DNA from: a virus
Direction: 5' to 3' (one strand)
DNA: 64,000 nucleotides
Virus record (IMG/VR): IMGVR_UViG_3300027779_001649
Span: 24,824-88,823 of that record
In this document: piece by piece, positions 56,688-64,000 of the stretch
How positions within the stretch are numbered: position 1 is the stretch's first letter
Layout: each line of letters opens with the position of its first letter
The notes under the pieces: generated by a model
Seen by the model: the letters and a program-made list of their open reading frames with translations, nothing else
The model's database searches: none
Told to the model about the DNA's origin: nothing
Made by a program: the position numbers and the translations under genes

Positions 56688-56978
56688 TTAAGCAGCTTCA
56701 AGTACAACCTCTATTACCTCTTCAAAGAGAACATAGTTTGACTTCTTATAAGAATTCTCACCTGTCATCACAGTCAGAAACACCGAGGCCTTTGTCTTTT
56801 CCTTTACAGGTTTCCACGTGCCAGTCTTCTTGGAATAGTACATTGCGACTCCGTCTTTCAGCTTCATGACTTCATATGAATCCATATCAGAGGAAACCTC
56901 CTTGATTACCCCTGTACCTACAGAACCATCATAGTCATTAAACTTGATTGTGTCATTATAATTAAAATTAAACATCAT
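56688..56978 (-). CDS. Small hypothetical protein (probably early)
   Basis: Coupled to the ligase-Ia-like gene downstream of a sigma70 promoter. Confidence 0.6.
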   Translation of the reverse strand: MMFNFNYNDTIKFNDYDGSVGTGVIKEVSSDMDSYEVMKLKDGVAMYYSKKTGTWKPVKEKTKASVFLTVMTGENSYKKSNYVLFEEVIEVVLEAA

Positions 56979-57285
56979 TTGGTATATTACCTAATACTGC
57001 CATTGCAGCACCCTTTACTCTTGTTGGGTAATTTTTAATGGCATACCCAGAACCAGCTGACAGACCATCTCTGTCTATAAAACTTTTGTGCCAATGAGAT
57101 ATCTCGTCCCATCTCTCATCCAGCTGACTGCAAATCCAGTCATAATCTCCATCAGAGACAATACTCTCATCCTTCTCGTAGTAAAGATAAGAGGTCATTA
57201 GATACCAAGGAACTAACAGATTGTGTGCAGAGGATGTCTTCTTCTCCAAGCCGTCTATTCCCAATTGTGTTTTTATGTCATACAT
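56968..57285 (-). CDS. Stand-alone NAD-dependent DNA ligase domain Ia-like protein
   Basis: YLYYEKDESIVSDGDYD resembles LigA YY..D.P.I.DAEYD; no KxDG adenylation domain. Confidence 0.7.
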   Translation of the reverse strand: MYDIKTQLGIDGLEKKTSSAHNLLVPWYLMTSYLYYEKDESIVSDGDYDWICSQLDERWDEISHWHKSFIDRDGLSAGSGYAIKNYPTRVKGAAMAVLGNIPNDV

Positions 57286-57324
57286 TCTTTACTTTTAGTT
57301 CCTCAGAATCTAGCTGTCTATTAT

Positions 57325-57353
57325 AGTATACAGTTAAGTGACCAATAAGTCAA
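57325..57353 (-). promoter_or_regulatory. Sigma70-type (early) promoter TTGACT-N17-TATACT
   Basis: -35 at 57348-57353, -10 at 57325-57330. Confidence 0.7.
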
Positions 57354-57399
57354 GGGAAAAAGGGGGTAGGGGTCTTTTTTTCTCTGGATACTTATTGCA

Positions 57400-57710
57400 T
57401 TTATAGATTAGATATAGAAACGGGGTACATAACCCACACCCTATGTCTCTCCTGTGAATGCATCTCACAGTATGTCTCCTCATCAGTCCACCTAGCAATT
57501 CAGCAATATACGTAAGACCATTCGTGATGGGGAGACTCTGTAGTGTCATCCGTGTTCTGAGAGCTGATCCAACAACGGTTTCAACTCTCCCCCATGTCCC
57601 ACTCCGATCCCATAGCTTTCAATTCACATGGGGTGAACCTACTCACGGTTTATCTGGGATTAACTCTAATTCGTCATGTCTTGATGTCTAACCTCTCTTT
57701 CTCACTCTAT
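57400..57710 (-). ncRNA. Candidate structured ncRNA A (family not recognised)
   Basis: Downstream of a near-consensus promoter; GC-richer; stems GAGAGUUGA/UCAGCUCUC, AUCCCA/UGGGAU, CUGUGA/UCACAG; no credible ORF. Confidence 0.4.
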
Positions 57711-57716
57711 ACTTAC

Positions 57717-57745
57717 AGTATAGTACACTCAGAGAGGTTTGTCAA
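57717..57745 (-). promoter_or_regulatory. Sigma70-type promoter TTGACA-N17-TATACT
   Basis: -35 at 57740-57745, -10 at 57717-57722. Confidence 0.75.
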
Positions 57746-57837
57746 CAGTTCATTTCATTTATTTCTCTTTTATTTCATAGTGATGCATTAATATCACACA
57801 TATACTCTAAGCTATTTCATACTCACTCAACATACTT

Positions 57838-57866
57838 AATATACCACACAAAAAACCACTTGTCAA
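57838..57866 (-). promoter_or_regulatory. Sigma70-type promoter TTGACA-N17-TATATT with extended -10 TG
   Basis: -35 at 57861-57866, -10 at 57838-57843. Confidence 0.7.
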
Positions 57867-57931
57867 GTCCCTTTGTGATATAAACAAATAAACAACAAAG
57901 TCCAGTGAATTCTCTCAGGGTGAATCAGGGG

Positions 57932-57960
57932 TTGACAGTTCGTGCAAGACAGTCTATACT
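57932..57960 (+). promoter_or_regulatory. Sigma70-type promoter TTGACA-N17-TATACT on the plus strand
   Basis: -35 at 57932-57937, -10 at 57955-57960. Confidence 0.72.
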
Positions 57961-57965
57961 CTGTA

Positions 57966-58250
57966 TGAAGAGTACACATAGAGAAAGAACTGTATCCATT
58001 CTCTGAATACAGCTCTGTTCGTGTTAATATTGGAGATACTGTGAGATTATTACTGAGAGTCTGTGGACTTTAAACACAAGAGACTCATGTTTATTTGTAC
58101 CTTTTTAATGAATCAGTAAATTATGCATAATCTCAGTAATTTGCAGAATTAGTTCCGCAATACCCATTCTCGTAACAACAGAATACCAAATGAGAGTATC
58201 AGAGTAATAGCTAATACCTGTTTATTAGTCAGGTCAGGTCTTATAAAGGG
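57966..58250 (+). ncRNA. Candidate structured ncRNA B / nested inverted repeat
   Basis: Nested stems TGAGATTAT/ATAATCTCA, TACTGA/TCAGTA and GAGTCT/AGACTC within 58037-58138; 3' end uncertain. Confidence 0.4.
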
Positions 58251-58309
58251 GATGAAAAAGTATATTCCCAACCCCATAAGAAATGAGTATATGTTAAGCA
58301 TAATCATAT

Positions 58310-59548
58310 TTAGACAATACCATCCAAGAGTTCACCTTTAGGATATCTCACCTTATAATCATTAATGATATCATCAAAAGAGACAACAGAACCAAATTCA
58401 AGAGTATCAATTTCTTTTACCTGCTGAAATGCACCTACAAGTTTATGATTGTGTCTATGATAAATACCAATCTCTTCATAATACTTCTCTTCTATGAACT
58501 TATGTACTCTTATAAACTCTTGATAAAACTTCAGATATGTCGTAAAAAAGTTTAAAATAGGGTCTTGTGGGTCAGGTGTTCCCATATGAATAACCACGCA
58601 TACTGTTACATCACCAGGCTTGGGTGCATTGGCGATACCATTATTGTATGCATCCTGTAAGTTTCTCTCTTTGATACTTAATCCGTCAAACCATTTGTCC
58701 ATATTTGCAGAAATTCCATGATAATGCAAGTGCTTACTTGAAGTCCACTCTGATGGTCTATTCTTCACCAACCATTTCAACATTTCAACACCACTACTGC
58801 ACATCAAGAGATCTTCTTCTCCTGTAGCATTCTTAATCGTATCAATCTTAAACTGTTTTATCTGGTTCTTTTCAAGACCTTGGCGTCCATTACTCACAAA
58901 CGTAAACTTTTTATCAATAATCACTAAAAATTCGTCTTGTGAAATTAGTCCCTTCTTAAATCTCTCAGTAATACCTGATTCTGACAAATATTCCTTTACA
59001 ATCTTGGATAGATCAGTAAATGATAATAGTCCACTGGGATAATCAAGTGAGTTAGAATAACCACCAATCAATCTTAAATTTGGAATACTGAAATACTTGT
59101 TCTTCTTATATACTGCAACCAAACGATTTTGTACATTTGTGAATTTACTCAAAACTCTATGCATAGTATTACCATTGAATAGGTATTCATACGCACCATC
59201 CTCATCAAGTAAGGCTTGTAGTGGTTTTTGACGTAAATCATAATCAGTCATCAGCACACTATTTTTGATGTTCATAATTTCTGGATTATTACCCTTACGA
59301 AACATCTGGAGACCTAGACCCTGCTGACACGCATCAATTGGGGTGGATTCCTCCATTATGGTCTCTGTATAGTCTATCCCATAAGGATGCAAGTCTTGAA
59401 AATATTCAGGCCTGTTCTCTTCATTGAAGTGTTTTTTATGTATGTTTAGATGATCTTGGGTGAATTCTATAATTCCACCCTTTGCGACTTTCACAAGAAA
59501 GTCCTTTTTAGTAGCTATTGGCCCAGATGGGTTAATTGAAAACGACAT
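58310..59548 (-). CDS. Hypothetical early protein with possible degenerate ParB/Srx-like domain (start MSFSINP)
   Basis: GGAG RBS; IKNSVL..DYDLRQKPLQALL...YLFNGNTMHRVL loosely matches ParB-N. Confidence 0.6.
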   Translation of the reverse strand: MSFSINPSGPIATKKDFLVKVAKGGIIEFTQDHLNIHKKHFNEENRPEYFQDLHPYGIDYTETIMEESTPIDACQQGLGLQMFRKGNNPEIMNIKNSVLMTDYDLRQKPLQALLDEDGAYEYLFNGNTMHRVLSKFTNVQNRLVAVYKKNKYFSIPNLRLIGGYSNSLDYPSGLLSFTDLSKIVKEYLSESGITERFKKGLISQDEFLVIIDKKFTFVSNGRQGLEKNQIKQFKIDTIKNATGEEDLLMCSSGVEMLKWLVKNRPSEWTSSKHLHYHGISANMDKWFDGLSIKERNLQDAYNNGIANAPKPGDVTVCVVIHMGTPDPQDPILNFFTTYLKFYQEFIRVHKFIEEKYYEEIGIYHRHNHKLVGAFQQVKEIDTLEFGSVVSFDDIINDYKVRYPKGELLDGIV

Positions 59549-59640
59549 TGGTTTATCTCCTTTTGTACGTTTTGTGATATTAAACACAATATGTAATTCG
59601 GTTTATCTCCATCCTTACAAAATGTGTGTCATTATATACA

Positions 59641-59669
59641 ATAATAGAGTAAAAAGAGGGATTTGTCAA
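59641..59669 (-). promoter_or_regulatory. Sigma70-type promoter TTGACA-N17-TATTAT
   Basis: -35 at 59664-59669, -10 at 59641-59646. Confidence 0.7.
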
Positions 59670-60238
59670 GTACCCTTTTGATTAAAATCTTGTGGTTCCG
59701 TGGAGTATCCGAATCTACGAAACTCCTCAGCATATGCATTCTTTACTGCATTCTTTGTGTCTTCATTATAGAATTCTTCAATGTTCTTGCCATGACTAGT
59801 ACTGTTCATGATGGTATCCGAGAATGAAACACCAACATACTCTTCTAACTCTGGCATGTCCTCAAAATAAAAAACCCTGCACTCATGAGCTCCTATCTTA
59901 TCAGTTATATGCATCCACATGATGTTATCGGTTTTCTGACTTGTTACTAATTGTATATACTGGTCAAATGTCAGAATCTTCTTCCATCTACGATAATACC
60001 ATGAAACTAATCGTGAATAGGGGTTGCGTACCATCGTAATCCATGTTATACTGTCCGAAATGTGATGTTCTTTCTTCCAATAGTCTATCGTCTGATGTAT
60101 CCATTGGTCTCTGGTGTATTTGGACTGTTTCGTGTACACTGGGTGACTGACCTCTATCTGGTCAGATACACGATGTTTGAAATTGTGACCACCGCATCGT
60201 GCGTTATGCATGAATGCCCAATCTTTAGTCCATATCAT
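59666..60238 (-). CDS. Sulfotransferase family 2-like protein (start MIWTKD)
   Basis: FMHNARCGG, VRNPYSRLVSWY, FYFED, YAEEFRRFGY. Confidence 0.78.
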   Translation of the reverse strand: MIWTKDWAFMHNARCGGHNFKHRVSDQIEVSHPVYTKQSKYTRDQWIHQTIDYWKKEHHISDSITWITMVRNPYSRLVSWYYRRWKKILTFDQYIQLVTSQKTDNIMWMHITDKIGAHECRVFYFEDMPELEEYVGVSFSDTIMNSTSHGKNIEEFYNEDTKNAVKNAYAEEFRRFGYSTEPQDFNQKGT

Positions 60239-60767
60239 GACAATTCCAAATAAAATGTGTGCGACTCTGATCAGAGTCACAATTGATGAATGTATGAGGC
60301 TCTTTCGTATTGACTCTGTACACATATCCATCCCTTGGTATGTGAAAGACCTCATTATGAGTCGGGAATACGAAATATGCATTTGGATTTGTGTCCAATG
60401 CGATATGATATCGTGAAGCTGGATCAGTATGCACACTATAGACAGACTTTGGTTTTATGGTCATGAGTCGTGACCGAAATCCGTTATGTTCTGAGATTAT
60501 TCTCTCAAACAGAGTGTTCTCATACAGGTCGTTTATGAGATTGAATTGTGACTCAGATTTTATGACTGAGTACCTGTCTTGTATTGCGTCCTTACCATTT
60601 GCAGTGAATTTACCACACGAATCAGTATAGGGGTCATCAAGATCATATTCTGAACACTGAACACTAATCTGACCGTATCGTGCCTTCGGATGTGAAATGG
60701 ATTCCCATTCCTCTACTAGTTGTTCATGGTCATAATGAAAATCAGTCTTTTCAAATAAGTTCCACAT
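60225..60767 (-). CDS. Aspartyl/asparaginyl beta-hydroxylase-like 2OG-Fe(II) oxygenase
   Basis: RSRLM, YSVHTD, RYHIAL, HTFIN, RTHFI. Confidence 0.78.
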   Translation of the reverse strand: MWNLFEKTDFHYDHEQLVEEWESISHPKARYGQISVQCSEYDLDDPYTDSCGKFTANGKDAIQDRYSVIKSESQFNLINDLYENTLFERIISEHNGFRSRLMTIKPKSVYSVHTDPASRYHIALDTNPNAYFVFPTHNEVFHIPRDGYVYRVNTKEPHTFINCDSDQSRTHFIWNCHDMD

Positions 60768-61158
60768 ATTCCCTATTCTTTAGATGTTCTTCTGCAATGT
60801 CATCCTTGGATTGACCCATGTAACGTACTGCATGGTGTTTCTCAATCATGTATTCGTTAATACTCTTGTCTGCATAATCGGTTGTTCTCCACAGTTCACC
60901 AAGAATACGTCCAAACTTACCAGCCTTGTCCCTATGAGTCTTCAGTATTATATCATCATCCAACATACCAGTAAGAAAGTCCTTGGCGGCGTACCCATAT
61001 TTCTTTTCTTCAAGGTCTCTTGTCCTTGACTCAGGCGTGTCAATACCGTATAGTCTTATTCGTTCCTTCCTCAGCCAGATACCAAAACCAAGGTCAATGT
61101 CAACATCAACTGTGTCTCCATCAACTATGTGAACGACTGTACATTTGTATTCATGCAT
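60751..61158 (-). CDS. Thermonuclease (SNase-like)
   Basis: IVDGDTVD, IRLYGIDTPESRT, GKFGRILG. Confidence 0.92.
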   Translation of the reverse strand: MHEYKCTVVHIVDGDTVDVDIDLGFGIWLRKERIRLYGIDTPESRTRDLEEKKYGYAAKDFLTGMLDDDIILKTHRDKAGKFGRILGELWRTTDYADKSINEYMIEKHHAVRYMGQSKDDIAEEHLKNREYVELI

Positions 61159-61487
61159 TATTCTACCTCCTCTATTTTATCTTCTTTACAATAAGGGTGG
61201 TCTAACCAATTCCATGCGATAGTCTCACAATTCAGTGATAGCAAGAATTCTCTTTCCTCTTCTGGTGTCTGACACACTCTTTGACCGTTAATAACTCTAG
61301 ACCATCTGCAATCCTTTCCAGACATACCTGATGCGAGATGTTCAGTACTTGTCTTGCCCGTCTCCGCCGACATGACGATATCAGTACCCGTATGTAGTAT
61401 TGATAACCAAGGAGGAACAATACCGCAACCACTAATCATCAAACATGTGCTTACTAATATTATCAAACGTCTTTTTATTAAAGACAT
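61158..61487 (-). CDS. Putative lipoprotein
   Basis: Basic N-terminus, hydrophobic stretch, lipobox ISGC; TGKTSTEH..S..SGKDC. Confidence 0.65.
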   Translation of the reverse strand: MSLIKRRLIILVSTCLMISGCGIVPPWLSILHTGTDIVMSAETGKTSTEHLASGMSGKDCRWSRVINGQRVCQTPEEEREFLLSLNCETIAWNWLDHPYCKEDKIEEVE

Positions 61488-62766
61488 CCCAAACTCCTAT
61501 CTTGTTGTGATCCAATATCTCATTTCTCTTCAAATACTGACCATCGTCCATGATGAGTTTATTCCTAATCTGTCCAAGACCGACAGGGACAGTTTTAGGA
61601 AATGACGTTTCTTTCGTCTTATTGTGTAGATAATTAGAATCTTTATTGAACTCATAGATGAATTCCTTTGCGGGCCATTTATAAGTCTTCCATGTACCCT
61701 TGTGCTTCAAATCGTGATTAAGAATAGACCACCTCTGAAAATCATCGCAATTGAAGAAACTTTCCATATTTCTCCAATCGGTAGGTGGTTCAAGATAACC
61801 GAATAGTCTTCGGTCAATCCATCCCCATTTAATACTGAACGCCAACCACCATGTGAAATCAAATGTAGTCTTCACCTCAAATGGACATAGCTTATTGAAC
61901 TCTTCGCACCATTCTATGAACTTACCATAGAGTGGTCTGTTCAGTGGTCTGTCATCTCTTATCTCATATATGTTACCTGAGTCTTCCCAATTGAATAGTT
62001 CCTTCCAAGGTTCGTTGATATTCTCAATATGGTTCTCTACCACGAATGTCCCAAACATAGGGTCACCACATTCACCAGTGATATTGAGTGTTTGGTCTTG
62101 AAATCTACCTACGTCCCACATATTATCTTTGGTTGACCACTCAAATGCCGTATTCATCTTCTTGAGTAGTTCATAGTATGTGGGGTTCTCTTCTATACTC
62201 TTCTCTGAAAGTAGTACTCTTAGTTTTGGGATACCAGTATATTCATCGTCTGGTTGATTCTGTATCAGTGCAGTAAGGGCTGTCGTTGAATCAATTCCAC
62301 CTGACCACCAGACTCGTACATTATCACTCTTCTTCCATATCTCTTGAGCCCTCTTATGACATACCTCTGGGAAGGTCATGTTCCAATTGTCTGTTGATGG
62401 GATTGCATCGTGAAGTGTGTTGAATATGTTCCAAGTGTCTGTTCGGTCAAATGGTAATGGACAACTGACGAGTCTACCAGCTGCATATAGGAAATTGTCT
62501 CCCAATTCTCCTACCCTTCTCCAATCCCCCGCATAGGGGTTGCGACTTATACCGTTACGGCGTGCTTTCTTATATGGATCCTTAGCTGTGACTATGATTT
62601 GTCCCTTAGTCCAATGGGGATCTCCTGTCACCACATTGATGGGTTTACCCAGAGTCTTCCAATCTCGTTCATACTCTTTCCAATCGGGATGCATTTCAAT
62701 TCCCAATGGATTCCATTCAATCATTTCTGGATAGAAGGTTGTGGAGAAAAATACCACTTTACTCAT
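61432..62766 (-). CDS. Asparagine-synthetase-like PP-loop enzyme (paralog 3)
   Basis: WSGGIDST, TGECGDPMFG, FQRWS, YKWPAKEFIY. Confidence 0.78.
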   Translation of the reverse strand: MSKVVFFSTTFYPEMIEWNPLGIEMHPDWKEYERDWKTLGKPINVVTGDPHWTKGQIIVTAKDPYKKARRNGISRNPYAGDWRRVGELGDNFLYAAGRLVSCPLPFDRTDTWNIFNTLHDAIPSTDNWNMTFPEVCHKRAQEIWKKSDNVRVWWSGGIDSTTALTALIQNQPDDEYTGIPKLRVLLSEKSIEENPTYYELLKKMNTAFEWSTKDNMWDVGRFQDQTLNITGECGDPMFGTFVVENHIENINEPWKELFNWEDSGNIYEIRDDRPLNRPLYGKFIEWCEEFNKLCPFEVKTTFDFTWWLAFSIKWGWIDRRLFGYLEPPTDWRNMESFFNCDDFQRWSILNHDLKHKGTWKTYKWPAKEFIYEFNKDSNYLHNKTKETSFPKTVPVGLGQIRNKLIMDDGQYLKRNEILDHNKIGVWDVFNKKTFDNISKHMFDD

Positions 62767-62783
62767 AATTATTCACCTTATGC

Positions 62784-63056
62784 TTAGACTCCCGTTAGAT
62801 GTTTTTTGCGTAACTCGTTGAGTCTCTTTGAAAATAAGTCTCTTTCAATACAATAGAATAGATTGGGGTTATCCAATCTATACTTGTAATTCTTATTGAC
62901 ATGTATGTTTAGTTCGTTATAATGTTCCTTAACATATATAGTGCATTCTTCTTTGGTATCAAATGTGGGTTTATTAAATACATAGTTGTCCTCACCGTCA
63001 CCACCCGTGAAGGCTGCGACAATAATGACAACTATATTTAGTGTTAAACTATCCAA
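62784..63056 (-). CDS. Small hypothetical protein with N-terminal hydrophobic segment
   Basis: TTG start with AGGAG; FDTKEEC...C motif. Confidence 0.6.
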   Translation of the reverse strand: MDSLTLNIVVIIVAAFTGGDGEDNYVFNKPTFDTKEECTIYVKEHYNELNIHVNKNYKYRLDNPNLFYCIERDLFSKRLNELRKKHLTGV

Positions 63057-63075
63057 TTCTATGCTCCTACTAATT

Positions 63076-63083
63076 TATTTAGT
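63076..63083 (-). promoter_or_regulatory. Late promoter variant ACTAAATA heading the 63056-59666 gene run
   Basis: Intergenic, upstream of RBS. Confidence 0.6.
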
Positions 63084-63097
63084 AGTGTAGAATTAGT

Positions 63098-63238
63098 TTA
63101 GTTCAGTCGGTTGGCTTTCCTCAGTAGATAAGCCAAGACAGTATCCCAATACTGTTTAGCCCAATCAGTCTGACAATTATCCCTCACCGTCACAACACTC
63201 TCTATCTTCTTCTCTATTAAGTCTATCAAGTTCTTCAT
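63098..63238 (-). CDS. 46 aa small protein missed by the ORF track (MKNLIDLIEKKIESVVTVRDNCQTDWAKQYWDTVLAYLLRKANRLN)
   Basis: Hand-translated; AAGGAG RBS; fills an otherwise empty gap. Confidence 0.6.
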   Translation of the reverse strand: MKNLIDLIEKKIESVVTVRDNCQTDWAKQYWDTVLAYLLRKANRLN

Positions 63239-63440
63239 ACTCCTTAATGCGATCAATCATATTTATGAAAATGTCAAACATCTCTTTCATCTTATCAGTC
63301 TCAGACGCCTTGGGTATGCACAAGGATTTGATTGACGCATCCTGTGACATGATTGCATCTCTTGCCTTCAAACATGAGTCCATGTCAGGCATCTCTGTAT
63401 TGATACCTAGACTTGCAACTATTAACATTGCTTTAATCAT
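63177..63440 (-). CDS. Small hypothetical protein
   Basis: TAATG coupling; C..C pair. Confidence 0.55.
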   Translation of the reverse strand: MIKAMLIVASLGINTEMPDMDSCLKARDAIMSQDASIKSLCIPKASETDKMKEMFDIFINMIDRIKEYEELDRLNREEDRECCDGEG

Positions 63441-63634
63441 TAGTTTAACACCTTACTTTCACTTGTTTCTAATACCTCAATCTCAGCAAATGTTTCAGTC
63501 AGATCACGTATAGCATACATCAATCCTCTTACGTCCTCAGATAACTGTTCCATCTGCAAACTATTTGACTTAATTTCCTCAATGAGGGAAGCTTCCCTCA
63601 TTGCTTTTAATTTCTCATTCATCTTCTTATGCAA
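63440..63634 (-). CDS. Small coiled-coil hypothetical protein
   Basis: Coupled to neighbours. Confidence 0.5.
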   Translation of the reverse strand: MHKKMNEKLKAMREASLIEEIKSNSLQMEQLSEDVRGLMYAIRDLTETFAEIEVLETSESKVLN

Positions 63635-63818
63635 CTTCCTTTAAAAACATTTTTCTACCATCATATGTACGTATACCAATCAATTTATGATTTTTGGTTT
63701 TAGTTCTACTCTTTCTTTTAAAATCCAACTTTTTAGATTTCCTGAAGCTAGCACCAGTTGACATTTTGTAGAATTTTTTATTTTTCATCTCCTTTATATT
63801 AAACTCATCATAATACAT
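63627..63818 (-). CDS. Small basic hypothetical protein (start MYYDEF)
   Basis: TAATG overlap with upstream partial ORF. Confidence 0.5.
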   Translation of the reverse strand: MYYDEFNIKEMKNKKFYKMSTGASFRKSKKLDFKRKSRTKTKNHKLIGIRTYDGRKMFLKEVA

Positions 63819-64000
63819 TATACTAAACTCCAACCCGAAGAATCACATTTATACTTCTCTTTACCGATTAGTACCATATCACCTACACTGGTAGACCGAC
63901 AACCCTCACCATCAAACATTTTGGTGATTTCCTTGTTGTTATACCACGCATCGTTAATAGAGTTCGTCAACATGAACGCCTTCTCTAATTTCGCAGAGGT
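63818..64000 (-). CDS. Partial small protein with YodL-like RSTSVGD motif
   Basis: Hand translation ...FDGEGCRSTSVGDMVLIGKEKYKCDSSGWSLV*; truncated by window end. Confidence 0.55.
   Translation of the reverse strand, partial: TSAKLEKAFMLTNSINDAWYNNKEITKMFDGEGCRSTSVGDMVLIGKEKYKCDSSGWSLV

Noticed and set aside
57470-57540. CTGATGA on the minus strand suggesting a hammerhead ribozyme
   Set aside because: No correctly placed GAAA closing stem II; the nearby CGAAT and flanks do not form the required stems
57334-57791. Short track ORFs in the non-coding island
   Set aside because: Mutually overlapping, no RBS or recognisable motif, atypical composition
60239-60436. N-terminal extension of the sulfotransferase ORF
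   Set aside because: Overlaps the oxygenase gene; the family motif begins at MIWTKD (60238)
1-64000. tRNA genes, CRISPR arrays, introns/inteins, DGR reverse transcriptase, integrase
   Set aside because: None detected by eye; core genes such as gp17, gp18 and gp20 are uninterrupted. tRNAscan-SE and Infernal would be needed for certainty

Overview
64 kb of an AT-rich T4-like myovirus genome, probably marine and probably infecting an alphaproteobacterium (inferred from TRAP/TAXI/IscA cargo). The minus strand carries the virion module in conserved order: gp5, PAAR, gp25, gp6, gp7, gp9-like, gp8, DUF4815/VrlC-like, tail fibre, gp13-17, gp18-21 and the start of gp22, marked by T4-type late promoters (TATAAATA and variants). 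A large accessory set is interleaved and mostly lies downstream of the same late-promoter motifs. It comprises two complete TRAP transporters (DctPQM and TAXI), an orphan DctP without a signal peptide, and four asparagine-synthetase-like PP-loop paralogs (one has lost the PP-loop), two of them coupled to a small TRPNTD-motif protein. It also has two split radical SAM + SPASM/twitch pairs, IscA, five 2OG-Fe(II) oxygenases, three sulfotransferase-like proteins, two glycosyltransferases, a methyltransferase, an APH-like kinase, a GNAT and a nitroreductase. The best candidate for an undescribed system is a late-expressed import-plus-modification machinery, possibly acting on a repeated LNGTDGSSxNAG motif shared by baseplate and fibre proteins. 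Other notable features are a palindromic bidirectional late promoter (TATATATA, 5 nt from an ATG on each side) and a ~1 kb non-coding block with four sigma70-type promoters and two structured candidate ncRNAs. All product calls come from motif recognition and synteny; no database search was run.
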